Under the pieces are notes generated by a model, which had not been told where the DNA came from, did no database searches, and saw only the letters and a list, made by a program, of their open reading frames with translations. A stretch of DNA of 62,823 nt, counting the filler, from Collodictyon triciliatum (lineage: Eukaryota): NCBI GenBank assembly GCA_043381765.1. It is 5 parts of 5 records of this genome, joined end to end, with 100 filler letters (N's around TTAATTAATTAA, not from the genome) between each part and the next. Parts side by side here need not be neighbours in the genome. Positions count along the whole stretch, not along the records: positions 32,274 to 48,299 come from JBHJMP010001590.1; positions 48,400 to 56,774 come from JBHJMP010001623.1; positions 56,875 to 62,823 come from JBHJMP010001668.1; 2 more parts are not named here. The stretch is one strand, 5' to 3'. A program made the translations under genes and the position numbers. Of this stretch, positions 48,127-61,794 are shown piece by piece; the stretch's first letter is position 1, and the number at the start of each line of letters is the position of its first letter.

Positions 48127-48299
48127 TAAAATTTTAAGGCATCTAGTTAAGAAATACAACCACTTTATCTCTTTTCTTCTATTATGAATTTTGTATTCAA
48201 AAAAGAGAAAGAGAAAGAGAAAGAGAAAGAGAAAGAGAAAGAGAAAGAGAAAGAGAAAGAGAAAGAGAAAGAGAAAGAGAAAGAGAAAGAGAAAGAGAA

Positions 48300-48399
48300 N
48301 NNNNNNNNNNNNNNNNNNNNNNNNNNNNNNNNNNNNNNNNNNNTTAATTAATTAANNNNNNNNNNNNNNNNNNNNNNNNNNNNNNNNNNNNNNNNNNNN
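48300..48399. other. Artificial linker
   Basis: Same linker sequence. Confidence 0.98.
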
Positions 48400-48583
48400 T
48401 TTTTTGGTTATCTATGGATATTAATAAAACAAAATTCAAGAATCAGTCATTATTTTTCTTTTTTTCCTTTTTCCCAGTTTTTTTTCTTGGCCTGTCCCAG
48501 AATATATATTGTCGAGCGCACAGACAAGAAAGTTCCGATAAAAAGGGAAAGGCAAGGAAAGAACAGCACACAATATGTAGTGA

Positions 48584-48584
<1 letters not shown>

Positions 48585-48672
<88 letters not shown>

Positions 48673-48705
48673 GCAATAGCAATAGCAATAACAATAACAA
48701 TAATT
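48585..48705. repeat. (AAT)n compound microsatellite
   Basis: Directly visible. Confidence 0.95.
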
Positions 48706-49221
48706 ACGATAAAACGGATCGGGGCAGTGTGTCTTCATTTTCATTGTGCAGTTGCTTCTGGGTGAGTCAGCTTCCAACCGTGTCGCGCAAGACGCACAAC
48801 CAGGTTGTCACTTCGACCTGATCTGTTCATTCTTCGTCCAAGACAGAGGCATTTGGTATAAAAAAAAAATTTTTTTAAACCTGTTCATTTTTCCCAACCG
48901 ATTGGATGAGACTTCAAATATTCAAATGTTCAAATGTTCAAAAAGAAAACATGTCTCTGTTTCGTCCGAATGCGGAATCATCACGCAGAACTGCAGGCGC
49001 CTGGGTGCAATTTTGGGGCATTGTGGAATATCTTTTCTGGAAATTACATTATTATTTTTAAAAAAAGAGAAAGAAAGGAAGCACAATGCTACGACAGCTG
49101 GGAGGCAAGCAGCAGCAGACTTTGGGTGGGTTGGTAAGGCTGCTCTTGGATACCTGAGTGTCTGTTGCGTTCTGAAGCTCACAAGCCAATCAACACACAG
49201 GGCTCCAAAGAACACGGAGGG

Positions 49222-49666
49222 ATGGCAGTTCGCCCCGTGTTGAACGTGCTTCGCCTCGACGGCTTCCCACTCCTGCGGCAACTGAACCTGGAGGAGGCGC
49301 TGATGCGAACCGACACCCGCAACTTTCTGATCTTCTCCAAACATCCGCAGCCTCGCACGGTTGTTGTTGGGGTGGGCTCTCGTGTCTCCAACTTTGTGAA
49401 TCGAGAGCACTGCGTATCGGAGAATGTCCCCATAGTCAAGAGATTCACAGGCGGCGGAACAGTCTTGCTGGACCATAATTCCTGGCTGGTTTCGCTCTTG
49501 TTCAACCGGGCAGACACGCCGGCTGTGACCATTGACCCGCGCGCGATTCTGCGCTATACGCATGACGCAATATACAAGCCTGTGTTCTCTGGTTTAATCA
49601 GACCTTCTCTGTAAGACGGTTTATTTCATATCTTATTCTTCGATATTGCCTTTTCTCCCTTCCCTT

Positions 49667-49753
<87 letters not shown>

Positions 49754-50518
49754 TCCCTCATTAATGCTTTGCTATCCAACCCCCGAGTTTCCCGTAATCA
49801 TGGATACCCATCTCCGCTAGAAACCAGAGTTTGGAAGAGTTTTCTATTCAGCATTATGATTATTGCATCGGGCAAAGAAAAGTTGGTGGTAATGCGCAGT
49901 ACATGACTCAGAGACGGTGGCTTCATCACACATCATTCTTGTGGGACTTTGATCCAATCTTGATGAACAGGTTCATGGTTTTCTGTATTTGACATGTCCT
50001 TTGTTTCATTTCTTACCCACCACTTAATGATTGTTTGTATTTGACATATTACTGCTATATTTTATTATATACTGTCATGGGTGTGGGATGAGAAAAATAA
50101 ACCAAATGGTTTCCTTCTTTTTTTTTAAAAAAAAAAAAAACTTGTTTTTTTTTAGAAAAAGAATTGAAAAGATCAATGGGCAAACCTAAATAAGTTCTTG
50201 TATCGCCCGAGTAGCTGTTCATAAAATCTTTTAATTCTTTTTGCCAAAATTTTACATGTGTTCATGAGAAGGTTTCTCAAGATGCCCCCACCAGAGAAGC
50301 GACCTGAGTATCGTAAAGATCGACCACACCAAGACTTTGTCGTGGGCATGAAAAACTATCTGACAACAGACTTGGATGGACTGACTGATTGCATTATTCA
50401 TCACATCCAACAAAACCTGTTTGATGTTAACGAGTTGCTCGCTGAGGATGTGATGCATGTTCTGAACAGGGACTACTATTCGTCCACAAGACAGATTGTC
50501 AGCCCCGAAGACGACTAG
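49222..50518 (+). CDS. Lipoate-protein ligase A family protein, 3 exons
   Basis: QLNLEEALMR, KRFTGGGTV, DYCIGQRKVGGNAQ, RWLHHTSFLWD, PEYRKDRPHQDF. Confidence 0.92.
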
Positions 50519-51141
50519 TAGAGATATATACTGAATAAAATAAAATATTGACTTGCGTCTAGCATTGGTACTCATAAATCAATCATTAGTTCTATTTGTC
50601 CCATTTCGATATAGGATTGACCACTCTAACAACAACGACTATAATACCTTCTGATTGTATAAAATAGGCATGGACTGTGCTTTACTGAAACGAGCTGTTC
50701 TTTTTTATTTTATTTTATATGTGTATAAAACAAGTTTCTTTATTTTCCTTCAAGAAACATGATGGTTGTAATATCTTGTTATATTTTAATGGCCAAGTTA
50801 CCACGATTAAAAGAAAAGTTGACATGACACAACCGAAATAACATGTATTACTTTTCTACTTTTCATTATTAATTTCCTTTTATGTTCATTTGATACTGAA
50901 CGACTGGACGTCTGTAACCATTTTTCAAGTGTGATTCATGCATCAAAAGTCATCATTTCCATGCATAATAGGTTGATGCAATTAATATTTACAGCTCAAT
51001 CGCCTGTATGATGCAAGCAAATAGTCGTGAACAAAACCACTCACATCAACAATATCTGTCACCGCTGATCTAATTATTCAGACGATAAAGGTTTGTTTAA
51101 AAATGATGAAACTAGGACAGAAACAATTATAAACCTGTGAA

Positions 51142-54100
51142 CTATGCGTCATTAATTGCAAAAGAATTCAAAGCCCTCAATCTCATCTCTGTCATTCCAA
51201 ATGTTGGCGAACGGTCATTAAGCATCGAAGCTATAGGTGATTCTGGAGCGTATGACGATGATGCGATGCTTTTATTAGCCTTTCCTATATAGTAATAATA
51301 ATGTTAATAAATAAATATACAGATATTAACGACTTTTTTTGGGCACACTCAAGTAATTGGCTGTCGGTTACACTTTGGATAATAGACAAGAATGGTAAAA
51401 ATCATTTCTATTTGTTTGCTGGTAAAAAAAAAAAAAAAAAGAGTGCAAACTAACAAAGTAGTGTTGGTTATGTATACCTGTCTTTTCGTTCAACAAATGT
51501 GATACAACTGCTTGATACGTAGCAAAGTGATAGCTGAATTTTGTGGCATGGTTTCATTTATTTATTATTATTTTTTTTTTAAAAAAAAAAAAGAGTTAAT
51601 TTGAAGATACCTTCAATTTCCTTAACTAAAATGTAATATGGTTAGTCCACGGCTATGACCATAACAGAACGATGATATTCTTTTATGCTTTGTTTGTATT
51701 TTTGTTTTGTTTTTAACCGGGTTCAACATTGCAAATAAGTTGCGAAAATTTGATATAAAGAATTAGCGTGCAGGAAAAAAAAATATACCCCAGCTCTGTA
51801 TTGGCGAGAGTAGAGAAGCGAAAGTCTTGCATGTATGTTAGATGCGCGTGTAAGTTTGGAACTGCAGCTTTTGAGATTACGAAGCTCAGTACTGAAATGA
51901 GTTCGTCTGTTGACATAGGCACTTGTTCTACACAATTGAGAGCAGGTGAATAAAAAGAATTTGGTATAAAAAATACATATCGCTTCTTGTATTTTTTTTC
52001 ATATAAGTACGCCCTATGTGAAAATATCTCAAATAAAATACGTATACATCTATTGTTATTTTTAATTTCTAAAACAAAAAGAGAGAGAGACGGTTGAAAA
52101 AGAAAAAACGAAACCTCGAACTGTTTGTTGTGATGGTACAGCCACAACGCGATGAATCTCTCGAATTGATTTTTGGAGGCAGCGCAATTTTTCAATTGGA
52201 GTAGACTTCATCGAGAAAAAATAAGACTCCTTAAATACTTGAAAAAATATGAACTATATTGTATACCGACAAGAGTATGAGTAAATTTATAAGATAAGGT
52301 AGTACGAGATGAATCAAACAATTCAGCTCTTCTATTGAAGAAGAAAAATCCGAACGGAATTTCAGCAAGGCACTTACTATATCAATTGATTTTTTTAATT
52401 ATTATTATTATTTGTAAATTTACATAAAGGCCGATATAATCAATCCTGTTTTAATTATGTGCTTATTATGTTTTCAGTTCTTACACATTTCTTTGGATGG
52501 GGCCTTGTTAAGTTTATCTATCTTTTCAGTTAGCATAGAATCTTCACTCGCATGGATAGAACAAAGGCCGTCAAAGATACAATTGTATATTCCATTCATC
52601 AGGTAACTTTAATGTAAGTTTTTAAAAAAAAAAACATTAGTGCAAACTAATATGATTTAATATCATGTGAGCACAGTATCTTATTATTTTAATGAGGAGT
52701 GTGGGCAATCCGACCATTCCACAGCAATCTTGATCTCGTTTGAATTATGTGTATTTGTGTGGCAGGAGGAGTATTGCGGATTTGTGTGTATTAGACACTG
52801 TGAAGCAATCATATTAGAAAAATGAATATTTTAGTCAAGAAGAATTTATTATGAACTCTGCTGCTAATGTCTGTATGAAATAGAGCATCAATAGCTCACC
52901 TTCACAATGTCTATCCATATCGACTTGACTCTCTTCCAGAGTTGGGCCTCGCTTCCGGCAGACATTATGTAGTTTGAATTAAAGTCGTATATGTATTCGT
53001 CTAATCTTTGAATTACATCCGAATTCTCTGGTGAAGCCCTCAAAAACTGAACGTATCTGGACAATTTAGAGAAGAAAATATAAAAGATTGAGAACATCGA
53101 ATGGGTGCCTTTTTTTTTTTTCACTCTTTCATTTTCATGATATTTAGGAAAGAAACGGAACGATACAATTTTCAATAGGATGAATGTAAGTCATACTCTG
53201 CAAGAGTCGCTTTTTTGGGAAGTCCATGGAATGGTGAAATTAACCCCAACTCGTCAGTAAATTGACTCGTATGCTTTTTTATATAAAAATAATAGATATT
53301 TGGATTTAGAGGCATTTGTAACTTGGAATACAATTTCAACTCTGAATTACATTGTTTTTGAATCGAATAAAGGGAGAAAACTGAGTTACGTAGTTAGTCT
53401 AGAAAAAAAAAATCATACTGGGGAGTGATTTTTTTTTTTAAAAAAAAAAAGACTTTACATGCGCCATGCATTCAAATATAGAATTTTTTAAAAAAAAATT
53501 ACGTTGTCTGGTTCGACCTCTAGAAAGTTATCAACATGAAGTACTTTAATTGATCTGAATCGAATTGCATTCAAGTCAGATTATCCTATCTTACTAATTT
53601 TTTAAAGATATATGATTTTAAATCAAATATATTAAAGCTAAATGTTGGTGGTGCTTTTACACACTTTCCATCATCCGCATAGAATATCTCTTCAGAAAGA
53701 ACTCGAACTGGGTTACGTGAGCAAAACCCTAATATATTATATTAATAACTGTCAATAACAAAATCACAACATGTAATAGGCATACTATTACGATACGAAA
53801 AGCAAAACCTTCGCTAGGAATGAATATTCCATCCCGAAAAGTAACTGATTTTGCGTTTAAAGTCCTATGTTTTCCATGCGATGTCTTGGCATACAGCACA
53901 TGAGACTCTGTACCAGATTAATGGAGTAAGGTTGTGGTAAGTTATGATCACTCTATCAATAGATATATTTAAATAAATCTTATTTAATATGGCTAGAACC
54001 TATAATATTGATTCCAAGCGAGATTCCTAAGCAAATTGAGTTTGGTGGTATCAAAGCCAAGAACTTTTGTTTCTTGTGAGCGTTGAGAACAAAGTCATAC

Positions 54101-54648
54101 TTTTTCTAGTTTTCATACGCAAGGTATTGCAGGCAATATTATCAGGAAACAGCATTTTTTTATCATATGTTTTTGTTTTGTTTTTTCTTTAGGGGGGGGG
54201 GGGGCTCAAGAAACTTGGTTGGAATGTATACGTGCAATGTATCACAAAGAAGAATGTCTGGGGAATAGACTGCAATTGTATACAGACCAGGATCGAAATG
54301 AAGAGAGCGTTCTTAGTCAGGTCTTCCTCCTGGCTTAATTCAGTGTCTTCGACCTCGATCTAGGGATGGAATGTAAGCATATGTTTTTTTTTTTTTTTTA
54401 TGCAACTATCACCTCGACATCTTGGTGTCGGGTAGCTTCCAATTAACAATACATTAACAGTTGGCAGAGAAAAGAAGCAAGGTAAGACAAGCAAAAGGGC
54501 AGAAGGGGGAATAAAGACAAAATGACAAAGGAAACGCAAGAGGAAGCAAAAGGAAGATGGGAAGAAAAGCGAAATAAAAGAGAATGAAGCACGGAAAACA
54601 ATTGAATATACTCTGTACCGCAGCTTCCAGGGAAACCTTCCTGTCCAT
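51142..54648 (-). CDS. VPS9-domain Rab GEF with Varp/ANKRD27-like N-terminus and no ankyrin repeats, about 14 exons
   Basis: EDLTKNALF, ESHVL..TLNAKSV..EGF..VRVLSEEIFY (Varp-like N-terminus). VPS9 core TPIEKLRCL, STDELISVLSFVISKAAVPNLHAHLTYMQDF..ELGYHFATYQA. Confidence 0.82.
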
Positions 54649-55173
54649 GCCAGATCTACTGCTCGGCGAGGAAGAAGAAGCAACAACAAAGACAACAAAG
54701 AAAAAGAAAGAAAAAAAAAACCAGGCCTTGGTCGCTCTGCGTATGCGTCTGATGACCGGCTATTGGGTGCCTCTTTGTTGTTGATGTCTCTGTTTGTTGG
54801 GATCTTATCAGAACCTACGACGAAAGGTTACAGCAGGTCCAAGGGCGCTTGTCTGCTACGATGCTGCTTGTCAAAATTAACGCACCATTGTGCTGCCCAG
54901 TCCAGATTCGGCTGGCGTAACCAGCACAAAATACTTTGTGTTCTTTCTTTTTTTCTTTACCCTTATGGTAAAACTCAATAACGGATGATAAACTCCCGAA
55001 TAATTGAGGATTTCAACCAAGTAAATACATGTGTGCCACGCCAACTACAACAACGAACAGAGGAAAAAGCGGCTACTCGTTTTCATTTATGCTCTAAAAT
55101 AATAATAATAATCATGAGGGTCTGTTTTCATAGCGACTTCGGCAAATACCACAGGCTGAAAGAAAATAAACCT

Positions 55174-56409
55174 CTATTCAGCAAAAAATTCTTCGGCAAC
55201 TTGAAGACGCTGATTCAACGAGGACAACTCTAACCACGGCAAGAACGGCAAGAAGACATCCACTGGTACGTTTGTCCATAAACTAAAGAGTATGACATTC
55301 CAAAACAGACCAGAGTTTGATGCGATGAAGCCCTCCATGCATGGCGCGCCTTTCTCGGAGTGTGCTTGATTCATGTAATTCAAAACTCGTACCAGGGACG
55401 ATAGCGACATCAAAGGGACGACAACCTCTTCATCTTGTGTTTGTGTCATCATAAGACCTCGACGTTGTTCAGAAATAGATGCAACCATATCGACACCTGG
55501 CCCCATCAATAAAGAGGCTGTGGATGCACGATGATTTCTGGACCGGATCGTGGAATCAGTGAGTGATCTTTCTCTCTCGTAGGACATCGTTTGAAAAAGT
55601 CGGCTTCGACTGTCCGGTTTTAAAGGCCAATCGTGTTTTTCTTCTTCCGGTGCCAGCAAGGATAGGAAAAATATAGAATTATAGATACTGCTCACCAAGA
55701 TATTTGGTGCAACCCTATCCGTACACTTTGGACAGAGCGACGTACTGTTTTCTGAGCTGGACCCCCACCCACGGGCAATCTCACTAAGACTCAGTTTATG
55801 GGAGCACTTCAAACATACTGCAGTGCATTTGATCTGTGTCTTGTAGATTAGGTCATCAAACGGAGTATCTTTGCTGAATATCATTTTCAATATTTTTTCC
55901 TGTGGGATTACCTCTTGGAATAAATGGGGACTGATTTTACTCAAAAATCGAATGAAGCCGGAAGAATCTTTCAATGATGCATCAGAACTGATAAAGTGTC
56001 TTCGAAAGAAGCCCTCCGTAATGGATTCTCCACACATGAATGAATCGATCAGAAATAATGCTTCTGCTGCAGAACGGTCGCTGGACAAACAGGCTGCAGC
56101 TGCATACACAGTTGGTAGGGTAAGTGTAGCGCCACTGATTCCAGTGGAAAAATTACGGAATATCTATGAAAAAGTAAACTTAAATCCGGTATGAAAAGTA
56201 ATGAAAACACGCATGTAACATGTATATCTAATGCTAGGTGTTTAAAAATAAGGCGTCGTGCACTGACATACCCTCCATCCTGAGTGGTACTGGTGTGCCA
56301 AGACATTGGCTACAACCAACTGTCTGCATTTATCGTCAGTTAACAGCCGCGTAGTTCTCAAAACAGCAATTTTTTCCTTCAAAGTATCGAATTGACCGCG
56401 CCCCTCGCC
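55174..56409 (-). CDS. DENND4-like C-terminal CxxC...CPxC domain protein, 5'-partial
   Basis: CLKCSHKLSLSEIARGW..STSLCPKC..VAPNI, VPLMSLSSL and LFWNVILF resemble the DENND4/Crag C-terminal module. An upstream exon at about 56272-56409 splices in frame. The DENN domain itself is not in the window. Confidence 0.65.
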
Positions 56410-56429
56410 CTAGTATTTTTACTTACTAG

Positions 56430-56650
56430 TTAATTTATTTATTAATGTATTTATTAATTTATTTATTTATTTATTTATTAATTTATTTATTAATTTATTT
56501 ATTAATTTATTTATTAATTTATTTATTAATTTATTTATTAATTTATTTATTAATTTATTTATTTATTAATTTATTTATTAATTTATTTATTAATTTATTT
56601 ATTTATTAATTTATTTATTAATTTATTTATTTATTAATTTATTTATTAAT

Positions 56651-56689
<39 letters not shown>

Positions 56690-56774
56690 TTAATTTATTT
56701 ATTAATTTATTTATTTATTAATTTATTTATTAATTTATTTATTAATTTATTAATTTATTAATTTATTAATTTAT
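56430..56774. repeat. (ATTT/ATTA)n low-complexity array at a contig end
   Basis: Directly visible. Confidence 0.95.
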
Positions 56775-56874
56775 NNNNNNNNNNNNNNNNNNNNNNNNNN
56801 NNNNNNNNNNNNNNNNNNTTAATTAATTAANNNNNNNNNNNNNNNNNNNNNNNNNNNNNNNNNNNNNNNNNNNN
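56775..56874. other. Artificial linker
   Basis: Same linker sequence. Confidence 0.98.
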
Positions 56875-56970
<96 letters not shown>

Positions 56971-57089
56971 TTATATCAGACAATACTACGGCAGTGTAGC
57001 CTTGATTGTCTGTGTGGATGGTACTGATAATGCAGATGTTCCAAGACTAGGGGCGGAACACTTTAAAAGAAAAGAACAGGAGCGCAGAG

Positions 57090-60000
57090 ATGGCTTCACA
57101 ACGCGACTGGGATGTTCATAAGTTTGGAGGGACGAGCGTAAATGGTCCTGTTCGCTACCGGAAGGTCGTTTCTCTGGCTTTGCAGTTCCGAGAGGAAAGT
57201 CCAAGGTTTTATAGCTATTCGCTTATTTGATATTTGATTCGGTTCATTATTTTTTTTTGTTAGTTTTATTTATTTATTCATTCATTTATTTGTTTCTTTG
57301 TTTGCTACTATTTGTAATTTTTTTTATCATTCTAAACTGTTTCACTCTTTTATCAAGCTTCGGTATTGGAATTGTCGTGAGTGCTATGAGTGGGGTAACT
57401 GACTCGCTCTACAAACTGTGTTACTTGGCTCTGGAGTCAAAAGAAGAGGGCATGTTTTTCATTCAGTTTCTTTTCCATGATTTTTATCTTTACATACTGT
57501 TTTACCGATGAATTATTTCAATTCATAAAAAACGAGCCACAAACAGATGAGATTTTACATCTTACTCTTATTATTGGTGATATAATTATACATAAATAAG
57601 GGCATAGCAAATAACACAAGGCCAATTGGACATGCGATAATAAAACTATCCTTTTCTAAGGAAGGAAACATATATTCGACGCAAGATGCTTGCGACTTAT
57701 TCTCACGACAATATTATGATTCCACAGAGTACAAATTATTGTCACAACAAATACTCAAGAGACACATAGACTGCCTCACTGAACTGTTCGGAGACAAGAG
57801 CCAACCACCACCTACGTATACTTAACTAGCTTAATTTACATTTCATTATCCTTTTAATAGCTTTTCCCTTTTTGTTAAATGTATAAACCGTTTCATAATA
57901 CTCACCCTAATTTAAGAAAAGAAAGAGAAGAGCTTTAAACTTCAAAGAATTCAAAAGAATCTAACTTATTGGCTCACAAAGGGAACTATGTCAAATCATC
58001 GAGCGAGATATACGTGACATTGTCGATGTGCTTCGGGCAATCCTCTTGTCAAAGTCTTGTGCTGAATCTTTATACGAACTTGTGAGCGGATATGGAGAGG
58101 TTTTTCTTTCCAAACCGCAATAGCTGATATCAATGATTTTGATAAATAAACGATTATATTGAAAATTATAACTAGAACTAACTCTATTATTGTTATTGTT
58201 ATTATTTTAAAATTGTTGATGATTAGCTGTGGAGCGCAAAAATTCTTGCATCCTATGTTAATCTCATGCACCCAGAAATCAAATATCGCTCACTGGACGC
58301 TAGAGACGTCCTTATAGTCGAGAATCTGAGTATAAACCTCTTTAGAAAACATTCCAGTATCTCAAATATGCGTTTATGAAAACCCTTTCATCCTTTATTT
58401 CTTATCAGAGAGCAGTCCCCAGAGTTTACCAGATATATGGTATGTTTTTCTTTCTTTTGGTAAATAATTCAAATTCGCATTTAGGTGACAGTCGCACCAA
58501 CATATTGTGGGAAAAATCTGAGGCCAAAATGCAACAGTATCTTTCGATCACAAGCGATACAGATGATATCATTATCATCACAGGATACGTTGCCTCTACT
58601 GAGAACGGAATTCCAACAACCCTGAAAAGAAATGGCAGGCAAATGCATATTCGTTTAAGATAAAAAAAATTGATAGATTCATTCATTAGAAACTTTAGAA
58701 TTAAAATACACATTTGGCTTTTAGTGACTTCTCTGGAGCCATCTTTGGAGCCATTCTCCGGGCCAAAGCAATCACAATTTGGACTGATGTGGACGGGGTT
58801 TTCTCTGCTGATCCACGTAAAGTAAAGGGAGCTGTTATGCTTGATGAGATGTCGTACGAAGAAGGCAATATACATAACCTCAAGACACTTTGGTTTGTCT
58901 GATACAATAATCAACTTCAATATACTTTCCTATATATCTCAAAATAAAAAGTTTATCATTTCCCCCTCTGATTTTTTTTTTAAAAAAGCCATGGAGTTGG
59001 CGTTTTTTGGAGCGAAAGTAAGTGATGGCTTTTCATAGATAGATTTTGTTTATATCTCTTCTATACTGGTGCATTCATATTTCATTCTTTCATTCTATAT
59101 CCCTACATAATTCGTTCTACGATATTTGACTCAGACTTCCGGCATCCCTTAGATTGATGATGAATTTCATAATTTCATCATTCTTTTCACCAAGGTTTTG
59201 CATCCCCACACGATGGCACCTGCAGTTCTTCATGGAATCCCGATATACATAAAAAATACATTCAACTCAACATGTCCTGGGACCAAGATTCATAAAGCCA
59301 GCATGCTTTCCCATCCCACATCTCACATTGTGAAGGGAATATCCTCCATCGAAAATGTAGCCCTGATTAATTTGGAGGGTTCAGGCAAGAGAATAGCATC
59401 GGAAAAGAAAAAAATCACTCCACTAAACCTTTGTGATATTTTAAATAATATTTCTTTGAGAAAAGATGATCAGTAATCTTCCTAATATGTATGGATTGTT
59501 TTAATAGGAATGATTGGTGTGCCGGGAATCTGTCAGCGTCTCTTCTCGGGTCTGAAAGACCAAGGTGTATCTGTGATTATGATTTCTCAAGTGCGTATTT
59601 AATCTCCCAGCTTGTTGTATGTCTATTTAATGCTACCTACAGGTTGACTTAATCTTATATTAAAATTGCACAGGTTACTCATAAAAAGTGAAAGAATGAA
59701 ATGATAAATTCATGAATTTAAAATCCTGCATATCCGTAGGCAAGCTCAGAACATTCAATATGCTTTGCCATCCCTTTGTCTCAAGCTGATGTCGCGTGTC
59801 GAAGTGTAAAGGAGTCATTTTACCGAGAATTAGCAACAGGACAGGTAGCTCTGGCTTAGAAACGTTGATTTTTTTTTTAAAAAAAATAATCTTACTTGTA
59901 ATTTAGAGTAGGTGACGTAAGAAGAGGAGAAAACATCATATTCTCTCGCCACCTAATATTCTCTATTCATCTTTATGTGAATTCGGTTTCTTAGATTCAG

Positions 60001-61698
60001 ATGCTGGATGTCAAGACCAATTGCGCCATCCTTGCCATTGTCGGCGATGGAATGAAAACTACTGCTGGTGTGGCTGCCAAGGTCTGTGGAGCCCTTGCTG
60101 GTAGTGGAGTCAACTGTGTTGCCATAGCACAAGTAATATTTTATATCAATTTATTCTTAGTCTCTTTACCTAATCATAGAATTTAGTTTGCAGAACTTTG
60201 TCGTATTATGCAAAATTTATCGAATTAATATAGAGCATTTAAATTTACATCAATTATCATCTAGAAAATTCACACTATGATTTTCTTCTATTTTAAAAAA
60301 TTTACCTCATATCTATTATCAGAATAGCGAGAATTATTGTTACTTAATGTCCTTTTTTTTTTTAAAAAAAAATAATAATAATGAAAAAGGGGTTATCCGA
60401 GCGGAATATCAGCATTGTCGTGTCAAAAGAGCACGCAACATTAGCTCTTCAAGCTGTGCACCGAGCTTACTTCACACCAAAGAAACGATCAGTTTGCTTT
60501 GATAGTCTTAATCCACCTTAAATAAAATGCAAAATTTTCAAAATTAAAAAAGGAATAGGATATTCATGATCAGGTGTAACAAACTATATGATTTCTTTTT
60601 GAGAAAATTAAGAACTCTGTAAACTTTCTAGGAGCACTACGCCACCATCTTTGTGGATGAGTTTGAATCTGCTAGTACCCAGGATTGGTCTTATCTCTAT
60701 CGGCAGTGGGAAATGTAAATTTGATGAATTTCGTAGTATTACTACGTTTATTGTATTATTTCATTTTCATATAAATCCAAGAGTTATTTGCAAGTGCATT
60801 GGAAAATAACCATCATTCATCTGGATATTTGTCATCTTATCAAGGTCCATGTGGGTGCCATTGTTTCTAAGCAATTGACCTGGTTTGGCACAGTGGAAAA
60901 GCAATGCCCTGCTGATTGGGCCACCATTCTAGCCGAGGCGACTCAGAATGTTTCGATTTCAGATTGTATCGAAAAGGTGCGTGGTATCAGTGAGCTTTTC
61001 AAGAGCCTAACCACACTCGACCATTCTATTTCTGGCTCCTTCGCACCATTCTACGAAAAACTGTCATCTTTTTCAAGAGTCATATCGTCGGACCCTTTTG
61101 CATTCTGGTTTTGCAAACAAGCAGAGTCTAAAGCACTCAGCCACAGCGTATACAACACAACTTACGCGGGCATATCCTTTGTCAAGGCTGTCGCGGAGCT
61201 GACTGTCCATCAACAGTACGTTCCATTATTTTCTATTAATCAGCACACAATTAGGTGAATCATGGAAATACCAATATAGTCTCTTTCAAGGCATTTGACT
61301 GAAGCCAATATTTAATGACACTTCAATAAAATCATCGCGCAGGGTACAAAAGGCACACTTTGTTCTACCCAGCCTCTGGAATGAGCTCCTCAGGATTAAG
61401 AAAGGCGGAGAAAAGGGACTCGTAAAAGCTCTCCTGCAAGTAACATTGTCAACCTCATCAGAATCAACTCTGCTCTGGGGCTTGGAGTCGCTTGATTCGA
61501 TGTCTCAAGTGCTGGAGTTATCAGATGCCTTATCCATCGAGTGTACAACCGAATCAGTTTCTGTGCAAACCCCATTTTCAGGTCAAACGATACAGGAGCA
61601 AATGGATGTGAGTAGTTCTACCATCTTTATTTTGACAATTTATTCATGTAAGCATACACCGATTTGCCTTTGATTTTTTGTTAGTGTTTATAATTTTG

Positions 61699-61794
<96 letters not shown>

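Noticed and set aside
48746..48860. Possible terminal exon of a gene cut by the contig start
   Set aside because: There is a plausible acceptor but no recognisable protein, and the frame cannot be determined.
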